Below, in pieces: positions 23,913-37,969 of a stretch of 64,000 bases of DNA. A program made the position numbers and the translations under genes. This stretch comes from Squalus acanthias (taxonomy: Eukaryota), in assembly GCA_030390025.1 (NCBI GenBank), contig CM059433.1, positions 26,166,001 to 26,230,000 on the forward strand, read 5' to 3'. Numbering within the stretch: the stretch's first letter is position 1; every line of letters begins with the position of its first letter. A model generated the notes under the pieces. That model ran no database searches. It was not told where the DNA came from and saw only the letters and a program-made list of their open reading frames with translations.

Positions 23913-24402
23913 TTGAGGATGGTGGCAGGATTAAGGCCTCAGGTTAGGGCCGGGGGTTGGGTTCGGGATTGGGGTCGGGGTCAGGGCAGACGGCCAGGGG
24001 TCAGGTCCAGGGTCAGGGCCATGGGTTGGATCTGGAGTCGGGGCTTGGGGTTGGGTCAGGTCGGGTGGTGTGGCTGGTGGTCGGGTCTGAGGGTCAGCGC
24101 GGGGATCGGAGTCGGATCTGGGGGTTGGGTTCGGGGATTGTGAGGTTCGAGGCCGGGAGCAGGAGAAGTTGGGGATCAGGGCTGAATGTGGTGGCAAGTG
24201 GGGTGGACATTCTAGGTTTTACTGCTATGAGCACAGGATCTAAAGCAAGTGCGCCAATCCAAATCCAACCCCTGTCTTCTTGAGAGCATTACTATATATA
24301 GGATGCAGCAATGCGTGGAGGGTGGTGGGTCCCTGCTTCAGACTGTTGAAGAGCAATGTGCCTCATTGACATGCTCCTCTGCTGCTGTTCATGCCAATCT
24401 TA

Positions 24403-24760
24403 CAACAACAATAACTTGTATTTATATAGTGACTTTAACATAGCAAAAGCATCCCAAGGCGCTTCACAAGAGCGTTTATCAAACAAAATTTTACACTGAG
24501 CCACATAAGGAGGTATTAGGACAGGTGAGGGTAGGTTTTAAGGATCGTCTGAAAGGAGGAAAGAGAGGCGGAGAGGTTTAGGGAGGGAATTCCAGAGTTT
24601 AGGGCCTAGACAGTTGAAGGCACGGCCGCCGATGGTGGAGCGAAGAAAATCGGCGATGCGCAAGAGGCCAGAATTGGTGCGCAGAGATCTCTGGGGGGTT
24701 GCAGGGCTAGAGGAGGTTACAGAGATAGGGAGGGGCGAGACCATGGAAGGATTTTCAAAA
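24403..24760 (-). mobile_element. L2-type LINE 3' fragment
   Basis: GGRAFNCLGPKLWNSLP motif and (caa)n tail; same family as 33240-33532 and 42210-43230. Confidence 0.75.
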
Positions 24761-24829
24761 AAGGATGAGAGTTTGAGATGTGATTTTCTTTCCTGAAGAG
24801 GACAGGGAGGTCTGAATTTCAAAGGATTA

Positions 24830-25235
24830 AGGCATTGTTATAATTTACAGCATACTGGTCATCGACATATAGGCTCCTCTGCATGCTGTCACAAAAATGT
24901 GTACACTGAAGTGCCGGAAGCCTTTCCTGTTGAGGGGCTTTTCTGTGGGAGCTCACAATGCAACATGGGTGCCATTTATTGCAACCTGGAAGCTGCAACC
25001 TCATAACAATGGATTGTCTTATCTCATTGCTGCCATGATGTGATGCCAAAGGTGATGAATATACCACCTCTTCTGCAAAGTGCATCAGTCACCTGGATAA
25101 ATGTATGCCCATTCTGCACCATATTACAGAGATCTCCCATGGCTGCCTGAAATAAACCTGTGCTGTAAAAGTTGAGCGCGGTGGTCACCTTCATAGCCAC
25201 AGAGGGCACTGCAGGCTGGAGGTCATCATGCAGTA
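24830..25235 (-). pseudogene. Harbinger transposase remnant
   Basis: VAMKVTTALNFYSTGLFQAAMGD resembles VALKVTVALNFFARGSYQSAAGD at ~59800. Confidence 0.65.
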
Positions 25236-26328
25236 GGTGGCAGACCAGAAATCGGGGTCAACCTCTTCAACTTTAGATGTAACTGAAAAATGTCCATTCC
25301 TACAATCTTGCTACTGCATAACAAAGTGCCCTCCTAAGGAGTCCAAAGCAAAGGAGATTGTATTCCCGAGTTGGCTGCCAGCAAAGATGACACTCCTGCA
25401 TGGCTGGCCCAGTCTCTACTCTGGAGCTTTCCCCACAGAAGCACTCCACTGCCCACTGACAGTCAACATAACATGCTGGATACTAAATGTCAGATATAGG
25501 TAAAGAGGCTTGGAAAGCTAGGAAACTTCCTAAATCAAAAAGTGTACAGAGAACAATATCAGACCAGGGGGTGGCAACTTTGTGAATCAGCAGTGATGTG
25601 GAAAGATTAGGAGATTCTGACCTGAAAACTTTATGGCCTTCAAATGACACTAAAAACTAATCGGCAAACACGTGATGAGGCCCAGCTCCCAGATTCTCTG
25701 ATCTGTGCTTCCATCAAATGAGGCTCCTCACCAGGGGTGGGACCTCCCACAGGTGACCTTAATATTCGCAGAGTGTAATTTCAAAGCTACATGTTCCTCA
25801 TTCTGTTCCTAATCTGTTTGCATCAAACCTCTGTAGGCCGGTGAGTACTGCATAGTGTTAAAGCTAAAGTCTGAATGTAAGGATAGGGAGAGGTGTTTGT
25901 GTGCCTGTGTGTTCCTCTATACAGAGTTGGTGAGTAAATGGAATGTAGCATGAGATTGTTAGTCCTGGCGAAAAAGGCTATCTGGAGGAAGAGTAATTTT
26001 GTTGTTGGAGACAACATTTTCAGGCTTTGTTGCTTACATTTCAGACTCTGTCTTTGACCCTTGATTGTTCCAGAAGCTATACTGTCAGAAGGATGCTGTA
26101 TTACAATAAATGGATGTTGACCGCTGACACCAAATATTAGTGGTTCACGTACCCATGTTTCATCTGACTATGCTCACACAAAATGCAAAACATGACGTAT
26201 CGTACCATGGCACATAACATTATTTCAAGTGCTCCAGTGCAACATTGAGTTTAATATTAACATTAAATATTATGGCTTAAGTACTTGCAGCATGGAATGT
26301 CTGTTGAGCTCCATATCATGGGTCCATA

Positions 26329-26430
26329 TCATGGCTTGTAACAGGCCTGAGCCACTTTTGAGTTGGTCTTCCTGTCCAGTGCTTTACAGATAAAGTGCCC
26401 AGCTTCCATTAACTTGCATAAATCTATTCC
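26329..26430 (-). CDS. HMGCLL1: HMG-CoA lyase family gene, last coding exon ([33 protein letters not shown])
   Basis: Acceptor ttcttttatttgactccAG, 102 nt, phase 0, ends TGA. Matches the HMGCL/HMGCLL1 C-terminus. HMGCLL1 is inferred from the missing PTS1 (-CKL) and the long introns; HMGCL is not excluded. Confidence 0.88.
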   Translation of the reverse strand, partial: GIDLCKLMEAGHFICKALDRKTNSKVAQACYKP

Positions 26431-27347
26431 CTGGAGTCAAATAAAAGAACAAAACACATTTAAAAAGTGGCACCAACAATAAACATTTGCAACTTTTCCA
26501 CTAGCAGTCATTTACCTGAAAATAGATACAAAAATCAATATGGAACTAAACCGCAAAGAAATATTAACAGAAAGGAAACTGGAAGGTCAGCATTTTTGTC
26601 AGTACAGCAGATATTGGACTGCATTTGAGGTTTACAGCCCTGAATTTCTGAGGGTTGTCCCAATATCTTGCTCTAACTTCAGTGAGCGATTAGCGAAACC
26701 CCTGCAGAAACGGCATAATTAGTCATCATTAGTTGTTAATGCCATTTCTGCATGGCTTCTGCAGAAATTATTTTTTTAAGTTCTATTAAATATTTCTAAA
26801 TTCTTGACAGTTTTTTTTTAAGTTTTAGGGTTGCAGACTAGGCTTTAGGAACCGGCGGTGTTTTCCTTAAGCCTCTCCTGTTCCTCTGCTTTGGAGACAA
26901 AGAAGGAGAGGACACAGGTATGATCAGTTGAACAGACTCTAGCCTCTGGCCTCCACCCACTCATATCCACACCTCCCTGTTTGCAAATCCTTAACACAGC
27001 AGTAAGTGAGTTGTGCCAGCTGCCAGGCAGTGTGGACACAGCTCATTGGGGAGACCTTCAGTTGACCACGATCCAAGCTCATTGTCAAATGTGTGTTGCC
27101 ATCACAGCTCCCTTGGGCAAAAAACTCAACTCAGTCACTTGCTGGCATATAACTGTCCTCCATAGCTACGAAGGCTCAAACTCTGCTATTCGTTCACATG
27201 GGCATTTCCCAACCTAGCCCAAATCATTCCACACACATCCCAACAGTGACGATAAAATCTGACAATCCTCTTATCACCAAGCTTCCCTTTGGTGCATGCT
27301 ATTATGTGCCCTTTTAATCCTACTTCTACTGCAGTGGTAGGAGGTTC

Positions 27348-28841
27348 TGAGGTAGCTGGCTGAAGATTTCCATCAGGAATCTTGAGGTTTGTAGGCTTCG
27401 CAAAATCCCCCAGAAACTCGAATAGAACCCTAAAGGGGGTGAGTTTTGGATCTTAACACGAATTTGGAATGATGGGACCTAAATGAAGGAATTTGAGGTC
27501 AAAACCTCAGTTTTGGACTTTAAGGATCAGGGGAAGAAAACCCTGAGGAAAAAGATTTTGGATAAGACACCTTTTTAAAAAGGGCCATTGGGTAAACCTG
27601 CAGTCACAGAAACACAGGCTGCAGGAAAGGGTGTGGTGAGGCAGTGGACAGCTTTTGAGTATTGGGACCGAGCCAAGCTGTCTGGGAGATGTTTGCACTG
27701 CAATCCAACCAAGGAGGAAGAGCCTCACCCAAAACCTCACAAACACATCCAAAAAAAATGAATAAACCAAGACCCTTTTGAAATCCCCAGGTCCAAACAG
27801 AATTCCTAACAATAAAACGTCCAGCACACAGCTTCACAGCCCATCATCCCATCAAAAACCAATTAGCCAAGAAGATCGACAGGATGCAAACCATCCCAAA
27901 AGAAAAACCCATTTGACACTTACAGAACCCATTAAAGACATGCATAAAGATAGAAGTCCTAGGCCCAGTCAAGAAACCCAAAACATGAGGACAATTCAAA
28001 CTCCGATTAAACAACAGATCGACAGGATGGAGCTATCCTGAAACCACTTCACACATTTACAAAACCAGTTAACACGCTAGTAAAGTCATTACTGTTAACG
28101 AGGTCTTACAATGACCGGGATTTGATTTGGGGTAGATAAGGCCACTTCAATTTAGTATAATTGAAGGCCCATCAAACAGTAAAAACAGTTCAAGTTCAAC
28201 AGAAGGCAGTTCTGCAGTTCAATCGAAAAGCCTGTTTTCAGCAGAAGTCAGGGCTGGAGTTACAGAGTTCAGGAGAAGCAAGGAAGAAGCAGCAAGGAGT
28301 TCCACAGTTCTGCAAGAAGGCAGTTCCACAGCTCGGAAGAACACAGTTTAAACAGAGGCAGAGTTCAACAGAAAGAAGTACAACAAAGAAGGCCAGCAGT
28401 TCAAGAGACCAGAGCGACCACCTCAGTGACCATCAGACACCTCGCGGCAACAAGGGCCTTACGAAACCTTTTACTCAAAAGACTCTAAACCCTAACTCTC
28501 AACTGTCAAGAACTGTCATTTGGTGAGCATTATCCCTGATCTTCTGGAATCAACCCTAGCTAGGCAGTGGGATTTGAGAGGGATAAGGGTTTTTGTATAT
28601 TGTATTTCTCCCTCACCTGTACCGTGTGTTCCCCAACCTGTGTTTAAGCATTAAGTGTGTTTTAAGTTTGTTCCCTTTTCTTTAATAAAAGTCAAAATTC
28701 TTTCATCAAAACCTGTTGTCTACTGCACCTTTGTTCACAACCCCCAAATAAGTCCAATGTCTAGAACCAGGGGCGTGGGAGCGATTCGAACCGCTCACTG
28801 AGTCAGAGGTGAACCTGACCCCTACCACACCACCCCCTACA
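27348..28841 (+). mobile_element. Probable long solo LTR (~1.5 kb, ERV-like)
   Basis: TG..CA ends flanked by ggttc/ggttt. TATAA at ~28156, AATAAA at ~28684, short cagttc repeats in the R-like region. Boundaries approximate. Confidence 0.5.
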
Positions 28842-29082
28842 GGTTTTGGGGTGGTATTTCCATGTATTAGGTTGTGGTCTGTTTCCCCTTTAAGAAGAAA
28901 GTAAACAGAATGAAGGCAAGCCAGGATTCAGCAGACATGCTTTACACGGCCAGCAACAACGATCAGCGAGGCTGGAGGCCATCGAGATGCCACTGCCATT
29001 TGTCTAGGTAGGAGGTCCACTTTTGGCCCCGACTGATCTTCCTGCTGTCTTCACCTGACGGGAAAGCCACAGCAGTTTCTAC

Positions 29083-30345
29083 GAACATACGAATTAGGAG
29101 CAGGAGTAGGCCACTCGGCCCTTCGAGCCTGCTCCGCCATTCAATAAGATCATGGCTGATCTGATTACTCCACATCCCCGCCTACCCCCGATAACTTTTC
29201 ACCCCCTTGCTTACCAAGAATCTATCTACCTCTGCCTTAAAAATATTCAAAGACTCTGCTTCCACCACCCTCTGAGGAAGAGAGTTCCAAAGACTCACGA
29301 CCCTCTGTGAGAAAAAATTTCTCCTCATCTCTGTCTTAAATGGGCGACCCCTTATTTTTAAACAGTGACCCCTAGTTCTAGGTTCTCCCACAAGAGGAAA
29401 CATCCTCTCCACATCCACCCTGTCCAGACCCCTCAGGATCTTATATGTTTCAATCAAGTCACCTCTTACTCTTCTAAACTCCAGCAGATACAAGCCTAGC
29501 CTGTCCAACCTTCCCTCATAAGACAACCCGCCCATTCCAGGTATTAGTCTAGTAAACCTTCTCTGAACTGCTTCCAATGCATTTACATCCTTCCTTAAAT
29601 AAGGAGACCAATACTGTACACAGTACTCCAGATGTGGTCTCACCAATGCCCTGTATAACTGAAGCATAACCTCCCTACTTTTGTATTCAATTCCCCTCGC
29701 AATAAACGATAACATTCTATTAGCTTTCCTAATTACTTGCTGTACCTGCATAGTAACCTTTTGCGATTCATGCACTAGGGCACCCAGATCCCTCTGCATC
29801 TCAGAGCTCTGCAATCTCTCACCATTTAGATAATATGCTTCTTTTTTATTCTTCCTGCCAAAATGGACTACTTCACATTTTCCCACATTATATTCCATTT
29901 GCCAGACCTTTGCCCACTCACTTAACCTATCTATATCCCTTTGTAGCCTCCTTATGTCCTCTTCACAATTTACTTTCCTACCTATCTTTGTGTCATCAGC
30001 AAATTTAGCAACCATACCTTTGGTCCAAGTCATTTATATAAATTGTAAAAAGTTGAGGCCCCAGCACTGATCCCTGTGGCACACCACTCATTACATTTTG
30101 CCAATCAGAAAATGACCCATTTATGCCTACTCTCTGTTTCCTGTTAGCTAGCCAATCTTCTATCCATGCCAATATGTTACCCCCTACACCATGAGCTTTT
30201 ATTTTCCGCAATAACCTTTGATGTGGCACCTTATCAAATGCCTTCTGGAAATCTAAGTACAGTACATCCACCAGTTCCCCTTTATCCACAGCACATGTTA
30301 CTTCCTCAAAGAACTCCAATAAATTGGTTAAACATGATTTCCCTT
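29083..30345 (-). mobile_element. CR1 LINE 3' portion (RT C-terminus and 3' UTR)
   Basis: ORFs 29182-30033 and 30005-30319 with [30 protein letters not shown]. Confidence 0.93.
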
Positions 30346-30659
30346 CTCCCTTAGGCTACCAGTTAAAATTGCAGTCGGGTCCCAATGACATCATCGAGAC
30401 CCGACATGCTTATGTATAGAAGGACCTTGCCAGCTTTGGGTAGGTGTCCTCGCTGCCTGCTCAGTAGAGCAGGTTAACATTTGGAACAGTGAGTTGCTGG
30501 CAGCTTTCTGGCGGATAAGTAACCTGGGCGATTTTTAACTGCTTTCCGGCAGGCAGAGTTAAAATTACCCCTATAGTAATATTTGGCAAGCAAATGTGAT
30601 GGCCAGTTTGCGCACAACAGGGGCTTACAAATAGCAATGGGATAAATAAATATTCTTTT

Positions 30660-31860
30660 TTTAAAATTCATTCTTGGGTTGTGGGAATCGCTGGCATTTA
30701 TTGCCCACCCCCAGTTGCCCTTGAGAAGGTGGTGGTGGGTCTTCTTCTTGAACCACTGCAGTCAGTGTGGTGAAGGTGCTCCCACAATGCTGTTAGGTAG
30801 GGAGTTCCAGGATTTTGACCCAGCGACAGTGAAGGAATGGCGATATCGTTCAAGTCAGGTTGGTGTGTGACTTGGATGTACACCTACTGCCCTTGTCCTT
30901 CTAGATGGTGAATGTGCTGCCAAAGAAGCCTTGGCCATCCTGTAGCTAGTACACACTGTAGCTACGGTACGCTGGTAGTGGAGGAAGTAGATGTTTAAGC
31001 CAGTGGATAGGGTGCTGATCAAGTGGGCTGCTTTGTCCTGGATATTGATGAGCTTCCTGAGTGTTGTTGGAGCTACATCCATCCAGGCAAGTGAAGATTA
31101 TTCCATCACACTCCTGTCTTGTGCCTTGAAGGTGGTGGAAAGGCTTTGGGGAGTCAAGCGGTGAGCCACTCACTGCAGAATAGCCAACTTTGACCTGCTC
31201 TTGTAGCCATAGTATTTATGTGGCTGGTCCAGTTCAGTTTCTGGTCAAAGGTGACCCCAGGATGTTGATGGTGGGAGCCTCGGTTACGGTAATGCTGTTG
31301 AATGTCAAGGGGCGGTGGTAATGCTCTCTCTTGTTGGAGATAGTCATTGCCTGGCACTTGTGTGGTGTGAATGTTACTTGCCACTTATCAGCCCAAGCCT
31401 GAATGTCATCCAGGTCTTGCTGCATGCGGGCATGGACTGCTTCATTATCTGAGGAATTAGAATGGAACTGAACACTATGCAATCATCAGTGAACATCCCC
31501 ACTTCTGACCTTATGATGGAGGAAAGGTTATTGATGAAGCAGCTGAAGATAGTCGGGGCTAAGGTGCTGTCCTGATGGATTCCTGCAGTGATGTCCTGGG
31601 GCTGAGATGTTTGGCTACCAATGACCACAACCATTGTCGTTTTTGCCAAGTATGACTCCAGCCCGTGGAGAGTTTTCCCCTGATCCCCATTGACTTCAAT
31701 CTTATTAGGGCTCCTTGGTGCCACACTCGGTCAAATACTATCTTGATGTCCAGGGTAGTCATTCTCACCTAACTGCTGGAATTCAGCTCTTGTGTCCATG
31801 TTTGTACCAAGGCTATAATGAGGTCTGGAGCCGATTGGTTCTGGTGGAATCCAGTCTGAG
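30660..31860 (-). mobile_element. CR1-clade LINE 3' fragment (second family)
   Basis: LDIKIVFDRVWHQG, MFTDD, WADKWQVTF; tail shared with 21044-21280 and 44730-45060. Confidence 0.8.
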
Positions 31861-33015
31861 CATTGATTTTGGTGGAGTTGGTTGAGTGATAAATGTTGGT
31901 TAGGACATCAGGAGAACTCCCCATCTCTTCTTTGAACAGTGCAATAGGATCTTTTACATCCACGAATAGGTACGTGGAGCCTCAGTTTAACATTTTATCC
32001 CAAAGACAGCACCTCCAACAATGCAGCACTCCCTCAATACCGCTGTGAAGTTTCAACCTAGATGTTCTGCTTAAATCCTGTCGTGCAAATTAGGTGCACT
32101 GTCCTCCGCACACAATCTGCCCTCCCATTGAACGAGGCTCTGCGTCAGGAACTAATAATTCGAAAATGGTCCCTTTTTCATTGAGCTTTAATTCTGCATA
32201 CATTTCTGTAGTTATAACAGGAAATTGCAATGAGACTTGAGATAATGGCGTCTTGTGTCTCAGGTATGCCTATTTCCCAGGTGCAAGCCAGGAGAAAGGG
32301 GTGGCGACCCATTAGGTCAGGTCTCTGCTCTCTTTGCGCTTCACGTGTCCCAGAGTGTGTGTGGAGAGCTGTCACCTGAAGCAGGCAGATGCATTTAAGT
32401 CAAATTTAAATTACATGAGTGACCTAAGAACACCTACCATATCATTTTCTGGGACCACCGCCTCACCCCTCCAGATTGGAGGGTCTGAGAAGGGGCTGTC
32501 ACCAACCTTCTCCAACCTCTAGAAAGGGAAGACTTGGCATAACAGAGCCAGGAACAGGGAGCAGCGAGCCGGGAGGCCATCTGGTTGCTGTTTCTGGACA
32601 GCAGTGTGAAGCCTCCACAGCCAGCAGCCATCAGCACTGTTAAAGGCCTATTAGGAAGGCTCATGAGCTGAACCCAGACATGTGTCTGGGCTCAGTTTTA
32701 ATCCGGTCGAGCACAGTGTAACAGCACACCACCAATTAACGCTGGAGTGAACAGGGTGAGAAAACCTGCCCTGATACACATCTAATTGGTTGGTTTCTAT
32801 TCAAGACACACAGAGCAGAACATTCGGAACGGAGAAAATTAGCCGAGAAACCTGATTTTTGTCTATACTCCAATTTTCTCAATTGTTCCCCCCGCCTCAC
32901 CACAAAATAACCGGAGATGTGATAGATGGGGGGGGATGTTATAACTGAGTTCTTTGCAAACAGAAATGAAGCAGGAACAGAGAGCTCTGTACACTGGAGC
33001 TGTTCAAAGTACCAT

Positions 33016-33192
33016 GGGGTAGAATTTCCACCAGGGTTCTCCCGATCTCCTGCCATAACTTTGACAAAAGATCAGCAGAAACCCTGGCGAAATGGTGTAA
33101 ACAGCACTTTCCACCTTTTCTGTGGATTTCCGCCGATCTGTTGACAGATTTACAGCTGGAAATCGGGACAATCCCCACAGAAATTCTACCCT
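33016..33192. mobile_element. Short Harbinger-type MITE
   Basis: Ends GGGGTAGAATTTCC..AGAAATTCTACCCT, similar to the terminus at 60622. TSD not clean. Confidence 0.6.
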
Positions 33193-33239
33193 CCAGTCTA
33201 TTACATGGCTCTCGAGTAATTATATACAGAGAAATTATA

Positions 33240-33532
33240 TACTTGCGCATCCCCGATTTTCTTCGCTCCACCATTGGCAGCCGTATCTTCAGCTGCCTAG
33301 GCCCTAAGCTCTAGAATTCCCTCCCTAAACCTTTCCGTCTCTCGACATCTCTCTCTCCTCTTTTAAGATGATCCTTAAAACCTACCTCTTTGACCAAGCT
33401 TTTGGTCACCTGCCCTAATAGCTTCTTATGTGGCTCAGTGTCAAATTTTGTTTTAGAATGCTCCCGTGAAGCGCCTTGGGATGTTTTACTACATTAAAGG
33501 CACTATATAAATGCAAGTTGTTGTTGTTGTTG
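33240..33532 (+). mobile_element. L2-type LINE 3' end
   Basis: Same sequence as 42965-43230, ends (gtt)n. Confidence 0.75.
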
Positions 33533-34234
33533 AAGAATTTCCCCATTTTCCCCATATGCTTATCGTTGCTTCATACTTGTGCACAGCTACAACTGTGACA
33601 CCAATCTGGCATATATAGGGGAGTCTTCACTTAGGTTGAGGGAGAGGTTGAATGCCACCTACATGTTCGCATTCCAATCGGCAAGGTATACTAAAGAAAG
33701 TGCTGCGAATTCTCGGTGATGAGTATGCTAGAAGACACATATTTGCCAAAGAATGGTAACTTATGGTCACAATAAAGAGGGAGAGAATGAGAGCAGAACT
33801 GCAAATTTAATGGCACAATCAGATAGAACTGTGAGTGAACTATAGGAGGGAGCAGTTCTACTAGTGCTGTAATAGAGAACAACATCAACAGATACGGTGA
33901 AGCTCAGAAACAGGAAGGTGAATAGACAGATCAGATACAACTATTTCACACAGCGGGTGGTGAATATTTGGAATCGACTCTCCAGTTAATTTAAGAGGGA
34001 GCTGAATAGGCATTTTGAGAGAGATTAAAGCGGGGGATAAGGTAATGAAGTATGTACTCTGTTTTTAAATCTGGGGCTGGCCTGATGGACTGAATATATC
34101 TTTTCTACTTTGATATGTTCCTACTTTACCGCTGATCATTTTTGTGCTTCTGATACTGCCCATGAATTACTGACACACAGATTTGTTACTTGGAAAGTTT
34201 GCAGACACCAAGAGAGGGGTATTCACCTATTTCT

Positions 34235-34702
34235 GTGTCAGCTGTGGCTCAGTGGGTAGCACACTCGCGTCTGAGTCAGAAGGTTGTGGGTTCAAGTCCC
34301 ACTCCAGGGACTTGAGCACATAAAGCTAGGCTGGCACTCCAGTGCAGTGCTGAGGGAGTGCTGCACTGTCGGAGGTGCCGTCTTTCGGATGAGACGTTAA
34401 ACCGAGGACCTGTCTGCCCTCTCAGGTGGATGTAAAAGATCCCATGGCATTATTTCGAAGAGTAGGAGAGTTATCCCCAGTGTCCTGGCCAATATTTATC
34501 CCTCAAGCAACATAACAAAAACAGATTATCTAGTCATTATCACATTGCTGTTTGTGGGAGCTTGCTGTGCGCAAATTGGCTGCTGCTACATTTCCCACAT
34601 TACAACAGTGACTCCACTTCAAAAGTACTTCATTGGCTGTAAAGTGCTTTGAGATGTCCAGTGATCGTGAAAGGCGCTATATAAATGCAAGTCTTTCTTT
34701 TT
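34235..34702 (+). mobile_element. Full-length tRNA-headed SINE (SacSINE1/DeuSINE-like)
   Basis: A box tggctcagtggg, B box ggttcaagtcc, L2-like tail aaaggcgctatataaatgcaagtctttc. Further copies at 39008-39392, 48760-49162 and a partial one at ~31870-32080. Confidence 0.85.
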
Positions 34703-35694
34703 CTCATAAACAAGATACTACTTCCCTAATTAAATTAAATGAACAGAAAATCAAAGGGACCAATCACTTGAATTCCCATATCCAGTTACAATGTGAGAAG
34801 CACTGTGTCAGGAGTACTTCAGATGAAAATTTATCACAAACAGTCCACAGGTAATTAGATATAGCAATGCATTTTACTTGACCTTGAACAATTCGCTCCA
34901 CCATCTCCCATTCAGCAAGAATGCTTCCTGGAGATGGTTAATGCAATATGATTCATATGTGCCTCCTCACTCGTGGAGCCCAGGTGATTCCCCAAAGGGA
35001 GGAAAGTGAAATGAAAAGCTCACTGTAGGCTGCTGTCATGCACTTCCTAGCAACGGGTTACAAAGCAGCACCTGCAGAGCCCCTGGGAGAAGATTATCTG
35101 GCGGACCTTGTTTTATAAGAGGCTATGTAACAGAGAGATCGGAGGAAAGTGTAAGGGAGCAATATACCTGAAAGTGAGTCCAACCCTCGAAAACCGAAGT
35201 ATCTAATTTGATTCAAGTCTTTTCAATGAGTCATCCAAATGGGTATTTAAATAGAGTTAATTTATGCTCGTGTTCGGATCTTTGTGAGGTTATACCAGCA
35301 CAATATGCCTGCACTTTTAGAGATTTGCACAAGCTGATCCTATTCAGCTGCACCTCCAGCTCTGGATGTAAATAGGAGATAAATAACAGTTATTAAATTA
35401 AGTCAAAATAAAAAGGATTGAGACTTAATTTGTCAATGCAAGTGTAAATATAGCTAATGTGTTCTCGGAAAGCCTATTTTGTGTCACATTTATTTCTAGG
35501 AGTACTAAATTAAATTAAATTTAACTAACTGATGTTTCTACTTTTTCTTGATTTGAAGAATCTATGCAATGGATAGAGTGCAATTAGCTACTGAAAGCCA
35601 GTTTCTATTGTAGCCACACTGATAAGATCACATATCAAATTACATATTATAGCCTTAAAATGACCAAGATAAAGGGCAATGGTCAGAAAATCAT

Positions 35695-36405
35695 GGGCTG
35701 CAATTTGCGCCCCCTATGGGTGTGTACGTGCCCGTAGGGGTCGTGCAAGTTCTGGGTTTAGGCATGCGCTGCGCATGCGCTAAAACCCGGAACATGCGCT
35801 CTGTCAAGAATATTCTTGACAGATCCTCCGCATCCCCGGGAAAAGGGCATCCGCGGGCAGAGAGTTGGGATATTTGCCCAACTTCTGCCCAGCGAAAGCC
35901 CGTGAAATTCTTACGCCTGGTAAAAGCAGGTGTAAGGCCTGCTTTTAACAGCGTAGACTTTTAAAAACAGAAAAATAACATTTTAGCAATAATTTATACA
36001 TTTAAAAGATTGTTACATAAGGTAAGTTTATTTTTAGCCCCTTTAAAAAGTTTTGTTTTAATTATTTAATTAAATGCCATTTTAATTCATTTTAAATATG
36101 TGATGGTTTTTTTTTAAATTTATTTGAAGTGTAGAGGTATTTTTGAGGGTAATCCATACATACAGAATCCCCGATAAGCATGAATGGGGATTCCCTTCTT
36201 TCATTCGTTGGGCCGGCCCACGTGATCTCAGGGGCGCTTGCGAACTGCCTGCGCCTGTGGGATACGTGGGCCTCTTCCCGCGGGTACCCAGAGAGGCCCA
36301 GGTCCGCGAGTCTCCGTACCTCCCAGACCACCAGGTAGGCGCGGATTTAATTTGCGGGTCGGAGGCATTTCCCCGCGGGAAGCCTCTGACCACAAATCCA
36401 GGGCC
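35695..36405. mobile_element. Harbinger-type MITE
   Basis: Imperfect 15-bp TIRs and TSD CAT on both sides. Confidence 0.82.
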
Positions 36406-37969
36406 CATGTGTAGTGCCTGCCCAAATTTCTGATATGACTTCTGGTAGGTGAGGTTCCCTGTCGGAATAGAGAAGTTGGAAAATTACCCCTGTAAATCCA
36501 ACTTATAACAAGGTAAGCAAGGAATATCAATAGCCTAAGTTCAAGTATTCTAAATCAAACAAGCAGTGAGCCACTCAATAACATGTAATCATGTCAGAGA
36601 ATGGTTAAAATGATAGCTTTGTAGGCTTTTCTCTGAAACATTGATATACGGCCCTCTTACGACTATTCAATGAAGCTCATCATTTAGTGTTTGATGCTAG
36701 CTATTCCATGGGCTGCTGCGAAGGATATTATAATGCCTGTCATTGGGCATCTTGATCGAGGAAGCACATGATTTAGTGAAAAAAATGACTCTGTGATCTG
36801 TAATTTGACACTGCTAAAGCTGATGCAACATATTTTGTAAGCTTCTAATAACATAAGAAAAGTCAAGGAAAGAAAAAATTCAGCTCATCGAAGCTCCTAA
36901 GTCTAGTCTTCCATTATAGTATGCAGCTGTTTTTTAAATTACCTAAGCCCAGAAATTTGTGTGCTGGATTCTGTCCCTGTGCCTGGACGGTAAAGGCCAA
37001 GGCTCCCCAGATATAATGGAGCCGATGCGGAGATTTGAGTCCGCCAGCAGGGTGCAAGATGGGGCCGCTGATATCATCGCAGCAGCCCTTAGGGTCTAGG
37101 TTTGGGGCCAGGGCAAGGTTCGATGCCAAGGCCGAGGTCGGGGCTTGGGGCCAGGATCGGGGGTCGGGACTGCAAACCACGGGGATGGGATTCATGGGAG
37201 TTGGTTAGCCAGGGGAGGGAGATCAAGAGGCATGGGGTCGAGGCCTGAGAGAGGGGGAGATCGATGACGGATCTGGGAATCGTGAGGGCCAGAGATAGGG
37301 GGGCCAGGGATCGGGGTTGGGAGCGGGAGAGATCAGGGGTCGGGGCAGGAACAGGGAGGAAATGGCAGGGGGAACCAGCTGCGATGGGGTGGGGGGAGAA
37401 GAGTGCGGCGGTGATCGGTTCCTTTAATTTGGGGTTGGGAGGAACTCCCCGCACCTCCTGGTTTGACATTCAGGTAAGTTACTTACCTTCTTTGTTGCAG
37501 GAGATCCCAAAGCCTCAGGACAAAGCAATCTTGGAGGGGGACTTCAAACAGGCATTAGGCCCCTTACCTGCATATACAAAGGGTCTAATGGTTAAAGGGT
37601 ACATATTTTACCTAATATGGTGGGGACACATTTGCGGCTGCAAATGTGTGCACGCTTCCTAGCCACCATATTGGTAGTCTGAGTAGCGCCCGAAAAACGG
37701 GCGCTGTGTGGACCAATTTCTAGGCCTTAATGTTTTTGTCTTTACTACTCAGTCTAACTGATTGTTCCAAACATATATCACTCTTTCTGATCCCTTCTGG
37801 CATCCTAGGTCTCTGTTCCCTTTTTCCTGATATTTATACCCAGGGAAGTTGGTGTTCCTGTGGCAAAGATCAGGAAAATGGATCTCATAAATCATCGAAG
37901 AGTTTTGTTTCTCTCCATAGATATATATATCCTTAAAAAAATTATAAAAACAAAATTTGCACTGTTTAT

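Noticed and set aside
23915..24190. Pro-rich and Gly-rich ORFs
   Set aside because: Low-complexity GGGTC-type sequence, like 37090-37440, with no coding evidence.
34235..34310. tRNA-like sequence with A and B boxes
   Set aside because: It is the head of a multi-copy SINE continuing into body and tail, not a tRNA gene.
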